DNA from: Syntrophaceae bacterium
GTDB taxonomy: Bacteria > Desulfobacterota > Desulfomonilia > UBA1062
Length of the DNA: 64,000 nucleotides
NCBI GenBank assembly: GCA_039680665.1
Contig: JBDKSM010000035.1
Location: 337-64,336 of the forward strand
Direction of reading: 5' to 3'
The notes under the pieces were generated by a model. That model was not told the origin of the DNA and made no database searches. It worked only from the letters and a program-made list of their open reading frames with translations. Numbering within the stretch: position 1 is the first letter of the stretch; every line of letters starts with the position of its first letter. The position numbers and the translations under genes are program-made. This document shows, piece by piece, positions 10,648 to 18,216 of this stretch.

Positions 10648-11775
10648 TTATTTGACCTTTACGTATTTGCCTTTGACCACCTTGAAGATGTACACGCCCT
10701 GCTTGACCACATCGCCGTTGTTATCGAAGCTCAACTTGCCGGTCACGCCGTCGAAATCCTTGACCGTGTCGAGATAGCCTCTCATCTGGTCCGGGGCGCC
10801 GCCCTTGGTGGCAATGGCCGTGGACACCAGGCGCGTCATGTCATAGGTGATAGCCGCGAACATGGCGTTGTTGGGTTCCTTGGTGTCGGCCTTGACGATC
10901 TTGTAATAGGCATCCTTGAACTTTTTGTTGGTGGGGGTGTTGTAATCCTCGTCATACTCGCTGCAGTTGATATGGCCTTCGGAGGCCTTGCCGGCCAGCT
11001 CGATGTACTTGGGCGCCATGTCACCGAAGACGCCCATGGATTGGGCCGTGATGCCCATGCGGCGGGCCTGGGAGATAGCGGGAGCGGTCTCCTGCAGATA
11101 GCCGGGGATAAAGAGCAGGTCAAAGGGCTTCTGCTTGAGCTTGGTCAGCTGGGCCGAGAAGTCGCGGTCGCCGACCATGAAGCTCTCCGTGCTGATTACA
11201 GGAATGCCGAGTTCAGCGAAACACTTGGTGAAGAGATCATTGCAGCCCTTGCCATAAGGCTCGTTGCTGTACAGGATGACCGGTTTGGTCGTCTTCAGGC
11301 TTTCCTTGGCGTATTTGGTGAGGCTTGCGGCCTGCTTGTCAATGCGGGTACAGCCGCGGTACACATATTCGCCCGCATCTGAGATCTTGGGCGAAGTGCC
11401 GTTGGGGGTGACGATGACGATCTTATCTCGCTGGGCCAAAGGCGCCACGGCCAACACGTTGCCGCTCATCATCGGGCCGATGATGACCTTGACCTTGTCC
11501 ATGGAGACCAGTTTCTGATAAGCGGCCACCGAGGCAGGGGCGCTGTCCTTCTCATCCTCGAAGATCACCTTGAGTTGTTTGCCGTTTATGCCGCCCGCGG
11601 CGTTGATTTCCTTGACCGCGATCTCGACACCGCGCTTGGCGGGCAGCCCGTCCGATGCGCCCTGCGAGAGCCTCAAAATGGCCCCGATCTTGATCTCCTC
11701 GGCAGCCCGTGCCTCGCTCAAACCTAAGCCCAATACCACCATTGCGACCATCACCAACAACCATAGTCTCTGCAT
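10648..11775 (-). CDS. Periplasmic substrate-binding protein of the ABC importer (LivK/Leu-Ile-Val-binding family fold), 375 aa
   Basis: Trimmed to MQRLWLLVMVAMVVLGLGLSEARA (signal peptide) with RBS GGAAGGAGGAAGGG. The ORF-track N-terminal extension is rejected. Confidence 0.8.
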   Translation of the reverse strand: MQRLWLLVMVAMVVLGLGLSEARAAEEIKIGAILRLSQGASDGLPAKRGVEIAVKEINAAGGINGKQLKVIFEDEKDSAPASVAAYQKLVSMDKVKVIIGPMMSGNVLAVAPLAQRDKIVIVTPNGTSPKISDAGEYVYRGCTRIDKQAASLTKYAKESLKTTKPVILYSNEPYGKGCNDLFTKCFAELGIPVISTESFMVGDRDFSAQLTKLKQKPFDLLFIPGYLQETAPAISQARRMGITAQSMGVFGDMAPKYIELAGKASEGHINCSEYDEDYNTPTNKKFKDAYYKIVKADTKEPNNAMFAAITYDMTRLVSTAIATKGGAPDQMRGYLDTVKDFDGVTGKLSFDNNGDVVKQGVYIFKVVKGKYVKVK

Positions 11776-11815
11776 CCCTTCCTCCTTCCCAAATTTCAAT
11801 TCGTATCTCGTTGTT

Positions 11816-11849
11816 GATAAAAAAGGCCATGGGGATTGCCCATGGCCTT
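11816..11849 (-). terminator. Intrinsic terminator/attenuator hairpin in the 5' leader of the liv-like/paaK operon
   Basis: Minus strand: AAGGCCATGGG-caatc-CCCATGGCCTT followed by TTTTTTATC, ending ~40 nt upstream of the SBP start codon. A candidate promoter (TTGACA-18-GATAAA) lies ~150 nt further upstream on the minus strand. Confidence 0.55.
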
Positions 11850-12093
11850 GTGTGTCTCTCTCGCGCACCCGGCCTATGGGCACCGTTTTTTCCGATAATA
11901 ATAAACGTAGCGATAGGCCTGAATGCATGCGTAGTTTCTCATAGCAGCGTTTATCCTTCGGGGAGGCCCTGGCTGTCAAGCGAAAAAGCAGGAAGGGATT
12001 AAAGGCGCTTCGTATACCAATCCGTAAAACGGATGTCTCTCAGGACATCAGGGCAACCAAGCCGGATGAGTCCTGGAAAGATACGAAGGCCGG

Positions 12094-13299
12094 CTACCGT
12101 AAAACCTGGCTGATATCATCGAGCAGGCGTTCGAGCCGGTTATCCGTGGCAAGTACGCTGGGCAGGGAAACGGTCACTTCCAGCCGGTCGGCGCAGCCTG
12201 TCAGGACCACGAAAGACGGGATACCGTCCACCCGCGGCGGTATCAAAAAAACCGTATCGGCCTGAAAACCGGCCCCGCGAAAATTGTCCCGATTGAAACG
12301 GCCCAGGTTGGAAAGCAGCGTCGAGGAGCTATACGTGCCCTTATAATGCCAGCTCAGGGTGATCAGTTTCAACCCGATCTGGAGCAAGGCGATCGGGATC
12401 ATGTCCACCACGGTTCCGCCCTCAAAGAGCATGCAATCATATTTCTCGTCCAGCTGCCGTTTGACCTCGCGGGCAATATCTTCGGGGCTGTCCTCAGGGG
12501 TTACCTCGACATAGAGGGCCATGGACATATTGTTGGTGGTCCGCAGACCGGGCTGCCGTTGTCTCAGATCCACGGGGATCGCCAGCATGACCGGACCAGA
12601 ACCATACTGCCGGGCGGAATGCGCCAGGGCCCAGCCGACCTTTCCCAGAACCTTGGAGAAGCTCCCCGTAAAGGTGAGCCTTTTCCAGCGCGTGCCCGCT
12701 TGGAACCCTCGCGCTCGCCCGGTGGGCGCGATGCTGTTGACCGGCGGCATTATGCGGGTGCGGTCGGTGAATTGGCGCAGAAAAGTGACCATACTGGGAG
12801 GATCTTCAAGCGAACCCAACGGCTCTTCATCGCGCAGGACCCGGAAGATATCCTCGGCCCAGTACACCGTGCCCATGCCGTCCATGGCGCCGTGGTTGGA
12901 CCTGAACACCAGGCGTGTCACCGGGCCGCTTTCCAGGTACAAGACCTCACAGGTAGGCCCGCGGTATGGCAGACCCGCCATCAGAAAGGGGGCGTTCTCC
13001 GAGCCGCGACCGTCCCAGGTAACGTCCTTCAGGCAGCGGACAGGCGGTGTCAGGCCTGAATCCAGCCAATAACAACCGCGCAAGGCGCCCCTCAAGATCA
13101 GCCGACTGCCCGGATTGGCCTCTGAGGCCTTGGCGACGGCGTCTTCCAAGCGGCCCTGGTCAATAACGCCCTGCCCCTCAACCACCACCTGGTTGGCATA
13201 CGGGGGGGCGACCGCATCGGCGGCCAGCCACAAACGTTCCACAATCGGCAAAGGTCTTTGGAATCGTGTGCCCATATTGGGTTTCTTATCGGCAGACAA
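12094..13299 (-). CDS. Stand-alone condensation-domain-like acyltransferase (401 aa), paralog of the N-terminal domain of the NRPS at 21231..25175
   Basis: C1-like motif PLPIVERLWL and an active-site variant SNHGAMDG (HxxxDG). Alignable along its full length with NRPS residues 1-400 (e.g. GKVGWALA, PVDLR..QPGLR, NLGR/NLGH blocks). Confidence 0.7.
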   Translation of the reverse strand: MSADKKPNMGTRFQRPLPIVERLWLAADAVAPPYANQVVVEGQGVIDQGRLEDAVAKASEANPGSRLILRGALRGCYWLDSGLTPPVRCLKDVTWDGRGSENAPFLMAGLPYRGPTCEVLYLESGPVTRLVFRSNHGAMDGMGTVYWAEDIFRVLRDEEPLGSLEDPPSMVTFLRQFTDRTRIMPPVNSIAPTGRARGFQAGTRWKRLTFTGSFSKVLGKVGWALAHSARQYGSGPVMLAIPVDLRQRQPGLRTTNNMSMALYVEVTPEDSPEDIAREVKRQLDEKYDCMLFEGGTVVDMIPIALLQIGLKLITLSWHYKGTYSSSTLLSNLGRFNRDNFRGAGFQADTVFLIPPRVDGIPSFVVLTGCADRLEVTVSLPSVLATDNRLERLLDDISQVLR

Positions 13300-13334
13300 G
13301 AAAAATAATGAAAACAGATCTTTCGCCGCTCGAT

Positions 13335-15287
13335 TTAGATGGTCCGCGACGTGCCGGCCGGTGCACCCGCGAGGGAAAAGTCGATGAGGCCGCGTACAGG
13401 ATCGACGCGGATGACGCGGACCCGTATGATCTCACCGATGGAGATGGTCTTTTTGCGCATCCTTACGTAGCGGTCCTGCACGATCTTGGCCTGCGGTCCC
13501 AATTCCGCGGCGCCCACCAGGCCGTCCGTGGGCGGATCGGCGATCTGTACGAAGACACCGAACGGCATGATGCTCGTGACCACGCCGGAGAACTCCTCGC
13601 CTACATGGCGCGCCATATAGGCCGCGGTCTTGAGCTTGATGACCTCCAGCATGGCCTCGTTGGTCACCCGTTCCTTACGGCTCACTTCGGGCCCCACGAA
13701 TTTAAGGTAACGTTGCCACTTGGTATATTCTTTCTTGGAAAGGCGTTCGTCCTTTAGCGCGACCTTGACCAGACGGTGGACGATCAGATCAGGATAGCGC
13801 CGTATGGGCGAGGTGAAGTGCAGGTAGCCCTTGAAGGCCAGGCCGAAATGTCCCACGTCCTCATGCTGGTACTTGGCCTGTCTCAACGAGCGCAGGATCT
13901 GCTGGTGCACGAAGGTCCCGCGGGGATCGTCCTGGAAGGCCTCGGCGATCGTTTGCAATGCCTTATTCAAGCCTTTCCCGAAGGCGATAGCCTGGCGCAG
14001 GCTGGAGAGCAGCTCCTGAGAGACGCCTACATCACTCAAGATCGCAAGGAGATCGAAAAGATCATCCTCGGCCGGCATATCATGGACACGGTAGAGTGCC
14101 GGGAGATCGCGGTCGTGCAGATAGCGGCACACCGCCAGGTTGGCCATGAGCATGGCTTCTTCAATCAGACGTTCACCCGAACCGCGCGGACGCCGGTAGA
14201 TGTTTTCCACCAAGCCTTCGCTGTCCAGATCGATGTCCAGCTCCGGCAGATCGAAATCCAGGCTGCCGCTCTGCCTGCGCCGGGCATGCAGAAAACCGGT
14301 CACGCGCTTCAAGAGTTTGAGGGCCTGTACAACCCGGGCATCCACCTTGGGCGGGTGACCCTTGCCGTCAAGAAAGGCTCCGACCTCCTCATAGGTAAGC
14401 CGGGCCCATGAATTTATCACGGCTTCACAGCAATCATAGCCCACGAGCTTGCCGCGCGGCCCGATCTGCATCTCCACCACCATGGCCAACCGGTCGACAT
14501 GGGGATTCAAACTGCACACCCCGTTGGAGAGCACCTCGGGCAGCATCGGGATGCAGGCCTCCGGGAAATAGACCGAGAACGAGCGCGTGAACGCTTCCTG
14601 GTCGAGCAACGTGCCGGTTTTCACAAAAGCGGCCACATCGGCGATGGCTACGGTCAGGCGATAGGAGCCGTCCGGCAGCGGCTCGATGCCCACGGCATCG
14701 TCGAAATCACGCGCCGAGGCCCCATCCACGGTAAAAAGCACCCTGTCCCGGAGATCACGGCGCTGACCCAATTCGGCCGCCGGATTCGTTTCGGCCACGA
14801 CGCTGGCTTGGGCCTCGACTTCGGCCGGGAACAGCCAGGGCAGGCCATGCTTGGTGGCCACAAAGCGCAGGTCCTCACCGATATCATCCGGGAAGCTCAA
14901 GGCCTGCACGACCTGGGCCGCCACGGCGTCAATGCGCTTTTCATGCTTGGGCGGCTCGATACGGGCCATCACGAGATCCCCGCTGCGAGCCCCGGCCTCG
15001 CTGCCGTGCGGGATAATAATGGTATACGGGAAGGGCTGGTTGGGTTCCAGCGTGCCCCATTTCTTGGACCTGCGATAGCGCCCGCTTAAGGTTATGGTGC
15101 CCCGCGCCAGGATGGAGACGATGCGGCCCCGCAGACCTTTTTTGTCGTGATAGGCCTCGACCTCTACCATATCGCCGTCCATGGCGCTCAGGAGATCGCT
15201 ACCCGGGACAAAGACATCCGGTCCGTTCTGGGTGACCACAAAGGCGAAACCCTTGGGATTCCAACTGAGCTTTCCCTGCACTCTCAT
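13335..15287 (-). CDS. RNase II/R family 3'-5' exoribonuclease (RNB domain with cold-shock and S1 domains), 650 aa
   Basis: N-terminus MRVQGKLSWNPKGFAFV (CSD), central RNB domain, C-terminal S1-like region. Confidence 0.85.
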   Translation of the reverse strand: MRVQGKLSWNPKGFAFVVTQNGPDVFVPGSDLLSAMDGDMVEVEAYHDKKGLRGRIVSILARGTITLSGRYRRSKKWGTLEPNQPFPYTIIIPHGSEAGARSGDLVMARIEPPKHEKRIDAVAAQVVQALSFPDDIGEDLRFVATKHGLPWLFPAEVEAQASVVAETNPAAELGQRRDLRDRVLFTVDGASARDFDDAVGIEPLPDGSYRLTVAIADVAAFVKTGTLLDQEAFTRSFSVYFPEACIPMLPEVLSNGVCSLNPHVDRLAMVVEMQIGPRGKLVGYDCCEAVINSWARLTYEEVGAFLDGKGHPPKVDARVVQALKLLKRVTGFLHARRRQSGSLDFDLPELDIDLDSEGLVENIYRRPRGSGERLIEEAMLMANLAVCRYLHDRDLPALYRVHDMPAEDDLFDLLAILSDVGVSQELLSSLRQAIAFGKGLNKALQTIAEAFQDDPRGTFVHQQILRSLRQAKYQHEDVGHFGLAFKGYLHFTSPIRRYPDLIVHRLVKVALKDERLSKKEYTKWQRYLKFVGPEVSRKERVTNEAMLEVIKLKTAAYMARHVGEEFSGVVTSIMPFGVFVQIADPPTDGLVGAAELGPQAKIVQDRYVRMRKKTISIGEIIRVRVIRVDPVRGLIDFSLAGAPAGTSRTI

Positions 15288-15375
15288 AGACTCTCCCTAT
15301 CATAAATAATGGGTAACGGGTTATCATCTTTTCACGCTTTCTTCCCCGCCACACTGCCTGCGTCGCCCGAGAAGT

Positions 15376-16059
15376 ATGCGCATCAGATGGTTGCCTATCC
15401 CGGACGGGGATGCTACACAAGACAATACTATGGTTGTGCTGAAGAAAAAACAGAGCTATGGCCCGGATGTCGTGCTGATCGACGGACGCCTTGTGGAAAA
15501 GACCTACCGCCACCGGATCTGGCCGGTGCGCCTGATAGGCCGCGTGCTCATAGCCTGGGAGGCGTTCATCTACCACAAGCTCTCCGGCCTGTCCGGCATC
15601 CCGAGGCTTGTTGATCGACCGGATCGCCAAACGATCCTGACCACCTACATGGGAGGGGAGAACCTGCGGGAAACTTTAGCCCGGCCCGACGCCGCGTATT
15701 TCGAGAAGATGGCCGGCATCATCAAGAGCATGCACGCCCGCGGCGTCATCCACCTGGATCTGCGCAACCGCCGCAATTACGGCCGCAATGAAGCCGGGGA
15801 ACCCTACCTGGTCGATTTTGCTTCCGCGCTCTACATACCGTGGGACGGAACCCTGCGCAAACTTATAGCCCGGTTGGACTGGCTCGGTTTCGTCAAGGTC
15901 AAGGCCAAGCTCGCTCCGGAGCTGCTCAGCACCCGCGAGCATCATCGTTATCGCCTCGGGGAAACCTTGAGCGCCGTATGGCTCCCGACCAAGACCTTCA
16001 ACGCGCTCAAGGAGCTTATCAGGTTTGTAAAGAGGTCTTTTCCCGGTCGAGGTCTTTAA
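15376..16059 (+). CDS. RIO/Kdo-kinase-like small protein kinase-fold protein
   Basis: Catalytic-loop-like VIHLDLRNRRN and metal-binding-like LVDFAS. Start may be the downstream ATG (MVVLKKK, 15430). Confidence 0.45.
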   Translation: MRIRWLPIPDGDATQDNTMVVLKKKQSYGPDVVLIDGRLVEKTYRHRIWPVRLIGRVLIAWEAFIYHKLSGLSGIPRLVDRPDRQTILTTYMGGENLRETLARPDAAYFEKMAGIIKSMHARGVIHLDLRNRRNYGRNEAGEPYLVDFASALYIPWDGTLRKLIARLDWLGFVKVKAKLAPELLSTREHHRYRLGETLSAVWLPTKTFNALKELIRFVKRSFPGRGL

Positions 16060-16315
16060 GCTGTTTCTCGAGCTGACGCCGTTTGAGATTCAAGGCGCGC
16101 ATGCGGGTGAAATCGGCTGTCTTTTGCGGCAGGCCCACGATAAAGATCGGAATCATCCCCGCCCCGAAGGCCGCCAGCACCAGCAGCCAGAGCGGCAGCG
16201 CGCGGCTCAACTGCCATTGCAGAAACGAGAGCGTGTAGGCTTGCGTGTTGGCAACCCCGCCCACGACCAGAACCGCCAGGATCGCGATGAGCAGCAATGT
16301 CTTGATATACGGCAT
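16019..16315 (-). CDS. LapA/DUF1049-like small inner-membrane protein
   Basis: Two hydrophobic helices followed by a coiled-coil basic tail (KRRQLEKQLKDLDREK). Confidence 0.45.
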   Translation of the reverse strand: MPYIKTLLLIAILAVLVVGGVANTQAYTLSFLQWQLSRALPLWLLVLAAFGAGMIPIFIVGLPQKTADFTRMRALNLKRRQLEKQLKDLDREKTSLQT

Positions 16316-16451
16316 GACCTACATCTATACCCGAAACGCCCCGCCGACTCAAGGTCAAAGGGGACCCAAAACCGATGGCCTTCCCATGCAGTGATACGTA
16401 TATATGGCGCCGCAGGACCTTGAGTTCATGAAGGCCACGGCGTATTTCAGC

Positions 16452-17273
16452 TCATGCGCCTTGGTCGGGTTTCACGAACAAGCGCCGTGTTTCCCGGGTA
16501 ATCATCCGCACCCGCAGGCGTCTTGAAAGAAGGCGCTCAAGGAGCACGGCCCCGAGTTTATTGAATGTACCGATGACCCTGCGCGGGCCTTTGTCCAGGG
16601 CATCCAAGGCCTCCCGGGCCACATCATCCGGAAGCATGGCCGGTGAACGTTTCAATTCTTCCTGGTTGATGCGGTGCATGACCGTGGGGGTGAGCGTGGC
16701 GCCGGCTACCACGGATAATACATGTACACCGTGATGCCGCCATTCTTCCCAGAGTCCCTCGCCCAGAACAATGTCAAAGGCCTTGGTGGCGGCGTAGTCG
16801 GCGACCAGCCCCGAGCCTTGCAGCCCGGCCATGGAGGACATCAAAATTACGCCGCCCCGACCGCGCCGCACCATGCCCGGACCCAAGGCATGGCATAAGA
16901 GCAGAGGCCCCCGGCAATTGACATTGAAGATGGCCAGGAGGTCTTCCAGCGGCGCCTGCGTGAATTCACGGACCTCGGAATTGCCGGCATTGTAAATCAG
17001 CAGCCCGATCTCAAGGTCATCCACCTGGGGCAGCAGTTCGTCCAACAGGTGCTCTGAGCCCAGATCGATGGCAATGGGCCGTACTTGAGCGGCATAGTGA
17101 TCACGCAACTCCCGGGCCAGGGTTTCCAGTTTTTCACGGCCACGGGCCAGCAGGACCACGTTCATCCCACGCTGAGCCAGTTGACGGGCATAGGCTTCGC
17201 CGATGCCCGTGGATGCCCCGGCAACCAAGGCCCAGGGTCCATACCGGGCGAGAAAAGATGCTTTATCTTTCAT
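16452..17273 (-). CDS. SDR-family oxidoreductase (short-chain dehydrogenase/reductase)
   Basis: Trimmed to MKDKASFLARYGPWALVAGASTGIGEAY (Rossmann TGxxxGxG). Start overlaps the upstream flavoprotein stop by 11 nt. Confidence 0.8.
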   Translation of the reverse strand: MKDKASFLARYGPWALVAGASTGIGEAYARQLAQRGMNVVLLARGREKLETLARELRDHYAAQVRPIAIDLGSEHLLDELLPQVDDLEIGLLIYNAGNSEVREFTQAPLEDLLAIFNVNCRGPLLLCHALGPGMVRRGRGGVILMSSMAGLQGSGLVADYAATKAFDIVLGEGLWEEWRHHGVHVLSVVAGATLTPTVMHRINQEELKRSPAMLPDDVAREALDALDKGPRRVIGTFNKLGAVLLERLLSRRLRVRMITRETRRLFVKPDQGA

Positions 17274-18123
17274 GAGGTTTACCCGCAAGAGGCTTGCCCT
17301 CCTTTGTAATCCATCGGCCGACATCCTTGAAGCGTGAGCGCAGCATGCGATGGTGTTCTCTCTTGGCGGTATATTCGATGACCTTGGGCTTCAGCCAGCC
17401 TTCGAAGTGTTCGACGAAGCCTTTTTCGCTGAACCTGCCCGAATCATGGAACGACTGCCAGGCACCGTCTAAGTATTCACCCGCGCTTTCGCACAAGACG
17501 CAGATCAATTGCCGGTCCCGTACAAAGAAGAGGTCCGAGCCGCAGGAGGGGCAGACGAGCGTCTTGGAAGGGAAATAGCAATGGGTGTCATCGCCTAAGG
17601 CCTTGGCGAGGCCTTGCGCCACCGGCGTATAGACTTCGTCGAGGCTTTCACCCGGCAGAGCGGCCTCGATGAAAGCGCTGCCCTTGAGCCGGAATCCCAT
17701 CATGCGGATGACGGCATTCACCATGGATTGGGTTACCCCGCGCCAGCTTTCAATGCCTCCGAAAACCGCGCTGACGGCATTGATCTTGCCGAAGACCGGA
17801 TGAAAGCCGGACATGCAGGCCAGCCGGTCGGCCAGGAGCTTGAATTGTCCGACCGGTCCCAGGACATAGGTCGGGATGGAAAAAATAACATGCTCGTATT
17901 CCGTCATGGTCTTTAGGATGAAATACAGATCGTCCTCGACCTGGCAGCGGTGCTCCGGATTCAGGCAGCGATAACACCCCATGCAGGGCCTAAGCGTAAA
18001 ATCCGTCAGACGCAGGACAGCGATGTGATCGGCAGGCGTAAAGAGCGCAACCTGTTTGGCAAACATCTCGCAATTTCCCAGGCGCCGGAACGATCCTGTG
18101 ACCAGTAAAACCGAAGTCGCCAC
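17263..18123 (-). CDS. NADPH-dependent FMN reductase/flavodoxin-like (iron-sulfur flavoprotein-like) with Cys-rich C-terminal zinc-ribbon-like extension
   Basis: GTG start VATSVLLVTGSFRRLGNCEMFAK, preceded by a perfect RBS TAAGGAGGA 8 nt upstream. C-terminal CPSCGSD...CVLCES motifs. Confidence 0.65.
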   Translation of the reverse strand: MATSVLLVTGSFRRLGNCEMFAKQVALFTPADHIAVLRLTDFTLRPCMGCYRCLNPEHRCQVEDDLYFILKTMTEYEHVIFSIPTYVLGPVGQFKLLADRLACMSGFHPVFGKINAVSAVFGGIESWRGVTQSMVNAVIRMMGFRLKGSAFIEAALPGESLDEVYTPVAQGLAKALGDDTHCYFPSKTLVCPSCGSDLFFVRDRQLICVLCESAGEYLDGAWQSFHDSGRFSEKGFVEHFEGWLKPKVIEYTAKREHHRMLRSRFKDVGRWITKEGKPLAGKPHER

Positions 18124-18216
18124 TCCGCAATCCTCCTTATGCATTTCATGCCAACCGCGATCCTACAGGATCAGGGGGCGGCCATGATCATAAGAAAATA
18201 ATTCCCCCCTGTCGAG

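Noticed and set aside
11776-11979. In-frame Leu-rich upstream peptide (MHSGLSLRLLLSEK...) as an attenuation leader peptide or true N-terminus of the substrate-binding protein
   Set aside because: It has no stop codon of its own and it reads through the terminator hairpin. It would put 68 residues in front of an obvious signal peptide that has its own strong RBS. It is treated as 5' UTR instead.
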